Below are positions 48,712-57,049 of a stretch of DNA of 64,000 nt, piece by piece. Numbering within the stretch: the stretch's first letter is position 1; each line of letters begins with the position of its first letter. Position numbers and translations under genes: made by a program. The DNA is from a virus (Duplodnaviria > Caudoviricetes). The notes beneath the pieces are model-generated. The model ran no database searches. It saw only the letters and a list, made by a program, of their open reading frames with translations, and had not been told where the DNA came from. Location of the stretch: positions 3,598 to 67,597 of IMG/VR virus record IMGVR_UViG_3300031853_000032, one strand, 5' to 3'.

Positions 48712-48852
48712 ATGATTATAAACGCTGTTATTGCTTTTATAATGAGTTTTATCTTATTCATACTAGCGTCTATGTGGTGGACAATACCGATAGGAATATT
48801 AGCATGGATAATAGTAAAAGTCATAAAAAGCTTACATGACACGTTTAAGTAG
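48712..48852 (+). CDS. 46-aa hydrophobic membrane peptide (not in ORF track)
   Basis: AAAGGAGG RBS; MIINAVIAFIMSFILFILASMWWTIPIGILAWIIVKVIK.. Confidence 0.65.
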   Translation: MIINAVIAFIMSFILFILASMWWTIPIGILAWIIVKVIKSLHDTFK

Positions 48853-48910
48853 GTTCACAACCACTTAACTAATAAGGAGTGTAATTATGCACTCCTGTTA
48901 GTTTTATATT

Positions 48911-48937
48911 TCGTATTTTTTCAGGTTCCTATTATGG
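48911..48937 (+). promoter_or_regulatory. TCGTAT-N15-TTATGG motif variant
   Basis: same spacing; follows a terminator hairpin. Confidence 0.45.
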
Positions 48938-48970
48938 AGAAATTAGTTTATTTAAAGAAAGGAGTAAACT

Positions 48971-49150
48971 ATGATAACATTAATAGTTTTAGGTATAATA
49001 TGTGTGATGATGATTATCGGAGCAATAGCGTTGACGGTAGTAGTAGGAGCAGCAACAGCTATCTTACCGATAATGGTCGACATACTTATCACAGTGATAC
49101 TAATCAAACTAATAATAAAATTGTTTTCAAAGAAGAAGGACGACAAGTAA
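48971..49150 (+). CDS. 59-aa two-TM membrane peptide (not in ORF track)
   Basis: AAAGGAG RBS; MITLIVLGIICVMMIIGAIALTVVVGAATAILPIMVDILITVILIKLIIKLFSKKKDDK. Confidence 0.7.
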   Translation: MITLIVLGIICVMMIIGAIALTVVVGAATAILPIMVDILITVILIKLIIKLFSKKKDDK

Positions 49151-49258
49151 TAAACAAACTAGGTATTTCTCCAAGGGAAGTCTGAAATTTAAGGCCTTCC
49201 CTTCTCTTTTTAGTTGTGAAAAGTTTTATATTTGTAAATTGAAAGGAGCAAAAGAATT

Positions 49259-50170
49259 ATGAAAGGTTACAAGGCGTTTGACAAGGATTTACAGTGTCGT
49301 GGTATGCAGTATGAGATCGGAGGTACATACGAACTTGGAGGTACATACGAACTTGGAGATGCACCTGTTTACTGTGAAAGAGGTTTTCATTTTTGTAAGT
49401 CGATCTCTGATTGTTATAAGTTCTATGTAAGGAAAGATGAAGTAAGAATATGTGAAGTAGAAGCTCTTGGAGAAGTCGTTGCATATGATAGGCTTGACTA
49501 TTGCACAGATAAAATCCACGTTATCAGAGAAGTTGAAAATCCAAGAATTAAGAGCAACGTAAATGAAAATTGCTCTGGTTTTTGCAACAGTGGCAATTAT
49601 GACAGTGGTAATTGGAATAGTGGTAATCAGAACACCGGTGATTACAATGGCGGAGATCATAACAGTGGAGATTGCAATAGTGGTCATTGGAATATCGGTA
49701 ATGGTAACTGCGGCAATCGTAACACTGGTGATTGGAACACTGGTGATTACAATATTGGTAATGGGAATAGCGGTGATCGGAACACTGGTGATTGCAACAC
49801 CGGTAATTGGAATTGTGGTAATTTCAATAGTGGTATATTTAACACGAATCCAATGCCAACTATCAAAATATTTGATAAAGACTCTGACTGGACTGTTAAT
49901 GATTGGTATAACTCGAACGCTTATCGTATTATGGAAAACTGTCCACTCACACATTCATACTTTATTTATGAAAGCGATATGAGTGATGAGGAAAAGGAAA
50001 ATCATCCTGAGTACAAAACTCTTGGTGGGTATACCAAAATTATCACCGTCACAGCAGAAGATAGACAAAAGTGGTGGAATGGTCTTTCTGACAGTGATAA
50101 ACAGGCGGTTATGTCACTTCCGAACTTTGACGCTGATAAGTTCTATCAGTGTACTGGGATCAGAGTATAA
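49259..50170 (+). CDS. pentapeptide-repeat (G-N/D-x-N-S/T) phage protein
   Basis: 'YK.FD..L.CRG.QYE.G..C..GFHFC' N-domain; about 16 GxxN(S/T) repeats; 'F.S.PNFD...F...TGI' end. Confidence 0.75.
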   Translation: MKGYKAFDKDLQCRGMQYEIGGTYELGGTYELGDAPVYCERGFHFCKSISDCYKFYVRKDEVRICEVEALGEVVAYDRLDYCTDKIHVIREVENPRIKSNVNENCSGFCNSGNYDSGNWNSGNQNTGDYNGGDHNSGDCNSGHWNIGNGNCGNRNTGDWNTGDYNIGNGNSGDRNTGDCNTGNWNCGNFNSGIFNTNPMPTIKIFDKDSDWTVNDWYNSNAYRIMENCPLTHSYFIYESDMSDEEKENHPEYKTLGGYTKIITVTAEDRQKWWNGLSDSDKQAVMSLPNFDADKFYQCTGIRV

Positions 50171-50180
50171 GTTTTATATT

Positions 50181-50207
50181 TCGTGAAAAAGTGTTGGTCT
50201 GTTATGT
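50181..50207 (+). promoter_or_regulatory. TCGTGA-N15-TTATGT motif
   Basis: exact spacing. Confidence 0.65.
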
Positions 50208-50301
50208 AAGAATAGAAGATTGAGAATAAAGCAGATTAAAAACTATCTGTTTTATTCTTTTCTTCTTTAAAAATTGTTTTCACATGAAAGGAGCAAAGAT
50301 T

Positions 50302-50484
50302 ATGGAAACAAGTGATGTATTAGGGTTGTTAGCTGCTGGGTTCACTGGACTTGGAGCAGTCCTAAAAGTAGGTTCTGTTATGAAGAAACGCGACGAGGAC
50401 AAGGCTGAATTCGAAAGAACCAGCAAAGCAACAGAGAACATGATGAATGAGCTCAATGATCTCATCAACAAAAGGAATTCATAA
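50302..50484 (+). CDS. small membrane-anchored protein
   Basis: AAAGGAG RBS favours 50302. Confidence 0.6.
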   Translation: METSDVLGLLAAGFTGLGAVLKVGSVMKKRDEDKAEFERTSKATENMMNELNDLINKRNS

Positions 50485-50502
50485 GAAAGGAGTTTTATAT
50501 TT

Positions 50503-50655
50503 ATGGACTATTCAAAAGCTTCAAAAGCTGCGGTAAATGCGACTAACGCACTCAATAACGCATTTGCACATTCACAAGACATTGCACTTATAGGAATGAG
50601 CATAGCTGGAGTATGCTGGGGCGTAGGTTATCTAATACGTTCTATCAAGATGTAA
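50503..50655 (+). CDS. 50-aa peptide with C-terminal TM (not in ORF track)
   Basis: AAAGGAG RBS; MDYSKAS..IGMSIAGVCWGVGYLIRSIKM. Confidence 0.55.
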   Translation: MDYSKASKAAVNATNALNNAFAHSQDIALIGMSIAGVCWGVGYLIRSIKM

Positions 50656-50664
50656 GGGGGATGC

Positions 50665-51504
50665 ATGGATATTCTAGATAGTATAAGTAAATTGTTGGAT
50701 ACTATTGACGATCATAAGCAAGGTATTCTTTTTACAATAAACATGATAACCAACGCTGCTTCGACAATACAAGCTGTTCCAGCAACAAGAGATGCGACAA
50801 GAGAAGTAGACAAATACATAGCAGCTTGCAAGGCAAAAGACATTAACCCGTCGAAGAAAGAAATCTTAAAGATTGCCGCACCGCATTACATACCGACAGC
50901 ATTGACTCTCGGTGTAAGTTTAGCAACCGGAATTGGTGCTGAAAAGATTGCAATCGACCAGATAACTGCTGTTACAGCTATGTATGAAGTATCTAGAACT
51001 CAGGTTGATGAACTTCTTCGATATAAGAAGAAAGCTGAAGCCATGCTTAACGAAAAGGAAAAAGACAGCATCGAGAAGTCTAACAAAAGGGAAGATAAGG
51101 CTAAAGAAGACTTGACGACTGAAGGTGTTGTTGACTGGGCATCAGCCGTTCATACCGGACATGGTTTTACGAAATGCTACGATGCTTATTATGGCAGAGC
51201 TTTCTACGCTTCTAAGAACTGGATTGAGAAGTGTGTTATTGATGCAAACTATCAACTTATGGACGAGTTCTTCATAAATGCTAATGAGCTATACTCAAGG
51301 ATCGGTCTTCCTGACAACCACGCTGGAGATAAAGATCAATTCTGCATGGAAGATGGTAGAATTGAACCGTCTTTCACCTGGATATCTTCCGAAGAGATAG
51401 AAAGGCATAAGATGGGAATCTTTGGAACAAGTCCTAGCGATGAAAGACCTGATATTCTTGTTCTCGACTGGGTAACACCACCTAGACGAAAGCAAGATTA
51501 TTAA
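50665..51504 (+). CDS. DUF6353-like protein (paralog 1)
   Basis: amphipathic N-helix, 'A.HY.PT......S', 'D.Y.GR.F.....I......N..L......NE.Y..IG'. Confidence 0.65.
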   Translation: MDILDSISKLLDTIDDHKQGILFTINMITNAASTIQAVPATRDATREVDKYIAACKAKDINPSKKEILKIAAPHYIPTALTLGVSLATGIGAEKIAIDQITAVTAMYEVSRTQVDELLRYKKKAEAMLNEKEKDSIEKSNKREDKAKEDLTTEGVVDWASAVHTGHGFTKCYDAYYGRAFYASKNWIEKCVIDANYQLMDEFFINANELYSRIGLPDNHAGDKDQFCMEDGRIEPSFTWISSEEIERHKMGIFGTSPSDERPDILVLDWVTPPRRKQDY

Positions 51505-51518
51505 TAAATTGGTAACTT

Positions 51519-51570
51519 CTCTTTACATATAAGACTATCGTTAAAAATTGTTAGTCTTATATGTAAAGAG
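51519..51570. repeat. 19-bp perfect inverted repeat with a promoter motif in the 14-nt loop
   Basis: CTCTTTACATATAAGACTA / TAGTCTTATATGTAAAGAG; loop TCGTTAAAAATTGT. Confidence 0.9.
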
Positions 51571-51609
51571 TAACTTTTTTATATATTTCATTTAAGAAAG
51601 GAGTTTATT

Positions 51610-52092
51610 ATGTCACACGGAAACAGAAACAGAAACACTAACGGAAATGGTGAGGATCTGAATAATCAGAACCCCAACGGAAATGGTGGAGATATGGGTA
51701 ACAATGATACTCAGCTCAACTGGAGTCAGAAGTTTGACAACTGGTACATTGAAAGGATGGCCAAGGCAACTATGAAGGCTAAAGATCATCCGAAGAGGAC
51801 TTTCGTACTCAGAGGTCTTAAGTACATAGGATTAGGTGCAATCGCATTTTTAGGCGGTGCAGTTATCCAGGGTACTAACGACAAGAAAAAGTACAACAAG
51901 TCTAATGAAGGATCAGATCTGTGCCTTGATACGAACTCAGGTCGCATCGAAGATCAGAGGTATCAGTATGATGACTACGAACCGGCACATGAGCCAGTAG
52001 ATACAAGTTACACAGAAGAATCTAGCCAGGACTATCAGAGTTCAAATGATTCAGAACCCGATACAAACGTTCCGTTCGATGAGAACAACTGA
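51610..52092 (+). CDS. hypothetical single-TM protein with N/G-rich and acidic tails
   Basis: AAAGGAG RBS; ORF track. Confidence 0.7.
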   Translation: MSHGNRNRNTNGNGEDLNNQNPNGNGGDMGNNDTQLNWSQKFDNWYIERMAKATMKAKDHPKRTFVLRGLKYIGLGAIAFLGGAVIQGTNDKKKYNKSNEGSDLCLDTNSGRIEDQRYQYDDYEPAHEPVDTSYTEESSQDYQSSNDSEPDTNVPFDENN

Positions 52093-52192
52093 TAACAATT
52101 GCGACAAAGTAACCAACAATTAGTAAAAAATTACACTTTCATAAAGGTAAGGCTTAATAAGTCTTGCCTTTATATTTTCGAAAGGAGGTAAT

Positions 52193-52888
52193 ATGGATAA
52201 CTTGCATGAAGAGTCATCTCTCGACGAATCTTATGTATCGAATAGTCGGTACGGTAGAGAAAATTCTGATTACACTCAGAAAGATTTTAAAGTCGAGACT
52301 GTAGGTGGCGCTTCCATGAAGTCAAAATCAGCATCTTCGACAGTAATGCGATGGATATTATCTGATCTTAAAGATGCTGTTGACTGTTATTATAAAGATT
52401 CAGTTAAGCCAGGTGTTAAAAAGTTCCTTGCTGATAAGTTCTCAGGACTGGCGTATTATATTTTCCTTGGTCCTAACGAAGCAAAGAAAAAGCCTAAGCC
52501 GAGCAGTTTCTCAGATGGTGAATATTATTCGTATTCATCATACTTTGATTCAGAAACTGAGTCTTATGTCGGAAGTAGCGCGTCATCTCAGAAAAGGAAA
52601 ATGCCTGAAAGACCAAGAAATGATGCTCCTCAGATATTCTTTAGAGATACACCAGAGTCTACTGGAGCATTTAAAGCAGCTAAAGCTAAACACGAGATGC
52701 AGAGGATTATAGGTCATTATCATTTCTGCACACTCGGTAAGCTTTACGAAATAGCTAAGCTCGAATCTGAATACACAGATTATAATTGGGGCTGGAGTAA
52801 CGTTGATACTGTTAGAGTAGCTCAGATGCATGGAGGCGCTTACCTTATGCTCCCTGAGATACAAGTAAACCCGAATTGGAGGCCATGA
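52193..52888 (+). CDS. conserved hypothetical phage protein
   Basis: AAAGGAGG RBS; C-terminal 'M..II..Y......LYE.A.....YTD.NWGW..V..G.Y.L.LP' pattern. Confidence 0.7.
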   Translation: MDNLHEESSLDESYVSNSRYGRENSDYTQKDFKVETVGGASMKSKSASSTVMRWILSDLKDAVDCYYKDSVKPGVKKFLADKFSGLAYYIFLGPNEAKKKPKPSSFSDGEYYSYSSYFDSETESYVGSSASSQKRKMPERPRNDAPQIFFRDTPESTGAFKAAKAKHEMQRIIGHYHFCTLGKLYEIAKLESEYTDYNWGWSNVDTVRVAQMHGGAYLMLPEIQVNPNWRP

Positions 52889-52889
52889 T

Positions 52890-53903
52890 ATGTTAGATAG
52901 TATTGTTGATTTTTGCGTAGAACACGCAGACAAAATATTCACCGGTATAGGTGTTGTTAGTAGTGTAGGAGCTGTCGTTGCTGCTGGATTTGGAGTTAAG
53001 AAATACATCGAAGACGACAAGATCAAGGAAGCAAAGGAGAATCTTAAGAAACTCCATGAGCAGAAGAATGATATTCTGTCATCAGAAGAAAACAAAGATA
53101 CCGAAAACACCGAAGAGAACGAAGAGACCGAAGAAACAGAAGAAACAGAAAAGGAAGAGAGACCTGTAAAACTTACTAAGAAAGAATACAACAAAGCAGT
53201 TCTTACTGAGTATAAGACAATAGTTCTTAGAACAACCATGCATTTCGCTCTGGCTGCAAGTCTTGAAGTGCTGTCAGTTGCGTCATTCCTTGAGGCTATA
53301 AACATTCTTGATATTCGTTATCAGGAAACGGCATCAGCTCTAGCAGCAGTAACAGCTTCTACAGAGGCTTACAGACGTAGAGTTGCTGAAGAGATTGGTG
53401 AAGAAAAAGAAGCTAAGCTCTGGGCCGGTGCATCTGAGAGTGAAGTATCCAAGAATGTTGATATTTCGACTGGTGAAACATCGACTGTTGTAGCGAGAGA
53501 TATTAAGGCATCTGACCTTAAGAACCTTCCTTATAATGCTGTAATTTACAAGAGAGGAATGGATTCTTGGACAGATGATCTTAACGCTAATAGGTTTAGA
53601 GTACATGTTGTCGAGACTGAACTTAACATGGAACTTGAGAGATGCGGCGAAGTAACACTCCACAGAGCTATGAAGAGGTTCGATGGCAAGATCATTACTC
53701 CTCCTGGTGCTCTCACTCTCGGTGTTAGACATGATCCTGAGAAGTGCCATCAGATCATACTTAGGGTACTTCCTATTCTTCCTGATCCTGGAACACCAGC
53801 AGAACATCTCGGAGATTGGCAGGATTGCCTTGTAGTTATATTCGAAGGATTCACAGATGACCTGTCAAGAAAGCTTCTTCCTTGCAAAAAGAAGAGTGCG
53901 TGA
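52890..53903 (+). CDS. DUF6353-like protein (paralog 2)
   Basis: 'I.TG.GV...V...V.A', 'YR.RV.EE.GEE.E'. Confidence 0.7.
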   Translation: MLDSIVDFCVEHADKIFTGIGVVSSVGAVVAAGFGVKKYIEDDKIKEAKENLKKLHEQKNDILSSEENKDTENTEENEETEETEETEKEERPVKLTKKEYNKAVLTEYKTIVLRTTMHFALAASLEVLSVASFLEAINILDIRYQETASALAAVTASTEAYRRRVAEEIGEEKEAKLWAGASESEVSKNVDISTGETSTVVARDIKASDLKNLPYNAVIYKRGMDSWTDDLNANRFRVHVVETELNMELERCGEVTLHRAMKRFDGKIITPPGALTLGVRHDPEKCHQIILRVLPILPDPGTPAEHLGDWQDCLVVIFEGFTDDLSRKLLPCKKKSA

Positions 53904-53934
53904 CTTTGATATTTAGACAAGAAAAGGAGATACT

Positions 53935-54906
53935 ATGAGCTTTGTAGATGCTATATTTGATTTCATCGACGCTCATAAAGCTCTTGTCTGTGCAACTGCT
54001 ACGATAGCTGGAACGATAACCGCTGTTGGTATTACGGCTAAAGTAGCAGTTAGTACCTATAAAGACAAGAAGGATACTGAGCAAACGATAAACGACATAA
54101 AAGAAGCAAATGCCGCTAGGGACGATGATGACCCTAATAAGATGCCGGCAGATGTGCTTGAACGTAAGATAAAGAAGACAAAGAAAGACGGCATGATACG
54201 TAGAGGTCTTAGATGGATTCCCGTATCAATCGCTGTGGCAGGTGTTATAACTGCATCTGTAACATTCTACCTATACTGTTCTGGATTGTCGGATGAAGTA
54301 GGAAAGTTAACAGCGGCTAATGCTACGTTAACATCATTTGCAACAGCCTGCTCGACAACTAACGACAAGCTTAAATCGTTACTTGAGGATGCTGTCGGTA
54401 AAGAAAAAGCAAATGAACTGATACGAGGCATGAAAGAAGACACTAAAGAAGTCCAAGTGACAAACAATAAAGGTAAGAAGAAAGTCGTAACGGAACAAGA
54501 TAGGTACTATTGCATGGATGACAACCTGGATGGTACTGTGTTTTATTTTGCCTCGACAAACGCCGACGGTTCCAAGAATAGAAACTGGATAGAATCCAAC
54601 ATGGAGCATAACATTAATTTCTTAATGGAGTGTGTTGGATTTGTCAACAGGGACATTAGACTTGGAAGATATGACATAGTGTTTGTCAACGATCTTATCC
54701 GCAAATGTGGTGTGACATCAACTTTCTCAGGTCAAAGAGACGGTTGGATTCCTGCGTCACATCCGCTTGATGGGGAAGATCAGGTAAGAGTTTCTTACAA
54801 AGTTGTTGAAGTAAGGAAACCTGGCACTATTAACGAAAAGATGGTTGCGCTTCAGGTTATAACAAATGCAATAAGGAACATTGACACACTCTTACCAGAT
54901 TGCTAA
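53935..54906 (+). CDS. DUF6353-like protein (paralog 3)
   Basis: same architecture; 'G..ITAK..', 'L...VG.EK..E', 'VF.ND...CG...GW'. Confidence 0.65.
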   Translation: MSFVDAIFDFIDAHKALVCATATIAGTITAVGITAKVAVSTYKDKKDTEQTINDIKEANAARDDDDPNKMPADVLERKIKKTKKDGMIRRGLRWIPVSIAVAGVITASVTFYLYCSGLSDEVGKLTAANATLTSFATACSTTNDKLKSLLEDAVGKEKANELIRGMKEDTKEVQVTNNKGKKKVVTEQDRYYCMDDNLDGTVFYFASTNADGSKNRNWIESNMEHNINFLMECVGFVNRDIRLGRYDIVFVNDLIRKCGVTSTFSGQRDGWIPASHPLDGEDQVRVSYKVVEVRKPGTINEKMVALQVITNAIRNIDTLLPDC

Positions 54907-54937
54907 TTGTATTAAAAAGATCGGAGGTTAAAAGTCG

Positions 54938-55609
54938 ATGGAACGAATGATATCATGCCTGCTTGCAATTTCTTTCTTAACGGTGGAAATATTTAACATC
55001 AGTTACTTTGATATTCAGGAGCCTTATACATATCAGGTGATATCAGAGCCGATATTAGATGAAAGTAATAAACTGCCAAAATCGGAAGAAATTACAAAGC
55101 AGGCAGAAATCACTCGTCAACGAGACATAATAACCGAGTCTGTTTATTGTATTACGTCGGTTTGTAAAAACACAGCTGACGATGCAACAAGACGTTTCGT
55201 CGAAAGTGAACTAAGTAACATTGGTGTAGACAGCCTTGACGAAGAAATTGTTGATATTTGTGAAGAGGCGGGGGAAGAGTACAACGTATCGCCTTATTTA
55301 CTTGAATCAATAGTTTGGACGGAATCTCGTGGCGACGCGAAAGCTAGTAACGGAACATGTGTCGGACTATGCGGAATTAACAAATACTACCATAAAGATA
55401 GAGTTATGAAAAACGCAAATCTGTTCGACGAAAGAACTAACGTAAGAACCGCTGCTAATCTACTTAATGAATTAAACGGCACATACGAAAACGAAACAGT
55501 GGTACTTAATTATTACGGAGGCTATGGAATTGACGAAAGCCTAACAAAATATTCAGAACAAGTTTTATATATCGCTGATCTATTAGCAAGAAAGGATGAA
55601 TTCCTATGA
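54938..55609 (+). CDS. lytic transglycosylase (SLT-like) with N-terminal anchor
   Basis: 'PYLLESIVWTES.G...A.NG...GL.GIN' catalytic Glu motif, 'NV..AA..L', 'Y.G'. Confidence 0.75.
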   Translation: MERMISCLLAISFLTVEIFNISYFDIQEPYTYQVISEPILDESNKLPKSEEITKQAEITRQRDIITESVYCITSVCKNTADDATRRFVESELSNIGVDSLDEEIVDICEEAGEEYNVSPYLLESIVWTESRGDAKASNGTCVGLCGINKYYHKDRVMKNANLFDERTNVRTAANLLNELNGTYENETVVLNYYGGYGIDESLTKYSEQVLYIADLLARKDEFL

Positions 55610-55770
55610 AAGACATTATAAGTGGTGTCGCTGGATTTATAGCTGGTATGGGAATTGGTGTACTTAGCGTATATATAGTGCTTAATAAACAGCGCACCAA
55701 AAAGCTAAAATCTATTATCAACGACTTCTACGACAAGTCAGCGGCTAACATTGTTTGGATTAAATTCTAA
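55606..55770 (+). CDS. 54-aa TM peptide, partial paralog of the N-terminus of 55786..56463 (not in ORF track)
   Basis: GFIAGMGIG..SVYIVL.KQ.TKKL..IIND vs GFILGAGIG..VSYVILK.Q.TEKL..IINE; AAAGGA RBS. Confidence 0.6.
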   Translation: MKDIISGVAGFIAGMGIGVLSVYIVLNKQRTKKLKSIINDFYDKSAANIVWIKF

Positions 55771-55785
55771 GGAAAGGAAAAGCTT

Positions 55786-56463
55786 ATGAAGAGTCTAGCA
55801 TTCGGTGTAATAGGTTTTATATTAGGCGCCGGAATAGGTGGTGGAGTCTCTTATGTAATTTTAAAGAGACAACAAACTGAGAAACTTAATCAAATTATCA
55901 ACGAACTTAATAACGCTGAGTTTGATAATTCAGAAGAAGAAAACGAAGCATCTAAACAAGAGGACGATTCAAGTGTTGAAGAAGCATCTGATGAGCACCA
56001 TGATGAATATGACGATCTTGCTTCTGAATACAACAATCGTAATTACAGACCTGAAACAGGAGTGAAGATCGATCCTGATGGAACAAGACACTGGGTTGGT
56101 GTTTATGGTGTACTCGTCAAAGGTCCTGGACCAGATCCTAAGAATCCATCAGCTCCTTATTATCTCACACCAGATGAGTTTGCAAACTTCGACTGGGAAG
56201 AGGTAATAGCAGATGAGTATTATGACGAAGATGAACACACTCCGTTGTCTTTATATTTATCTACTGATGGAAAGTTGTTTGACATGTACTATCAGGAATT
56301 TGACAACTATGACATACTCCCGCCTGATTTCAAAGATCATATGGGTGAATATGATGAAGGAGTGTTGTATGTTCGTAATATGAGTCTTACAAGAGACATT
56401 GAGGTTCTTGCCGATGACAGGTCTTCTTATGATTTTGAGGTGCTTCGGGAAAGGATTAATTGA
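55786..56463 (+). CDS. membrane-anchored acidic conserved phage protein
   Basis: N-terminal TM; 'PY..TPDEF' and 'G.....LYVRN.....D.EV' motifs. Confidence 0.7.
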   Translation: MKSLAFGVIGFILGAGIGGGVSYVILKRQQTEKLNQIINELNNAEFDNSEEENEASKQEDDSSVEEASDEHHDEYDDLASEYNNRNYRPETGVKIDPDGTRHWVGVYGVLVKGPGPDPKNPSAPYYLTPDEFANFDWEEVIADEYYDEDEHTPLSLYLSTDGKLFDMYYQEFDNYDILPPDFKDHMGEYDEGVLYVRNMSLTRDIEVLADDRSSYDFEVLRERIN

Positions 56464-57041
56464 TGATCGACAAATATTTTATATTTCTCATGAAGATTGT
56501 AGGGTTATCACAAGCGAAAGAATACATAGGAGTTATTAAGCACCTATTCATGGAAGAATTCATATGGAACACCGATAATAATTCTCTCGATGATCAAAGA
56601 AAGTTTGGAGCTAGGTATTTGCGAGAAGAATGGTGTGATGCACATGGATACGGTTATAGCTCTTTGTATGATGCTATGATGATAGAATGCTCTTGGCTTG
56701 AAGCTCTTATAGGCTTAGCGAGGCAGGTGGAGCATGATATCACTCATGATGAAAGTAAAGGTGATAGGACTAGTGTTTGGTTCTGGGAAATGCTTAAAAA
56801 TCTCGGTCTCACTGGTCCTAGGTTAAAAGGTGACAATGTTGATATTATGTATATCGAGCATTGTTTAAACCGCTTTACAAATCGTGACTATAACCCAGAC
56901 GGTTCTAATGGGGGATTATTTGTTGTATCTAAAGAAGATAGCTATAAATATTTTAATGATGTCGTCGACCTCAGAAAGGCTGATATGTGGGGACAGATAA
57001 ATATGTGGCTTACTGTCCAGTATAAAAAACATAAGATATGA
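56460..57041 (+). CDS. conserved hypothetical phage protein
   Basis: 'CS.LE.LIGLA' and 'WFW.ML.NLGL..R.Y..DG..GGLF..W.Q...WL' pattern; overlaps the upstream stop. Confidence 0.7.
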   Translation: MMIDKYFIFLMKIVGLSQAKEYIGVIKHLFMEEFIWNTDNNSLDDQRKFGARYLREEWCDAHGYGYSSLYDAMMIECSWLEALIGLARQVEHDITHDESKGDRTSVWFWEMLKNLGLTGPRLKGDNVDIMYIEHCLNRFTNRDYNPDGSNGGLFVVSKEDSYKYFNDVVDLRKADMWGQINMWLTVQYKKHKI

Positions 57042-57049
57042 GGTGAACA

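Noticed and set aside
48934-49185. Track ORF of 83 aa
   Set aside because: No RBS; the overlapping frame 48971..49150 has AAAGGAG and encodes a coherent two-TM peptide
49289-49982. ORFs 49289..49954 (-) and 49563..49982 (+)
   Set aside because: Alternative-frame shadows of the pentapeptide repeat
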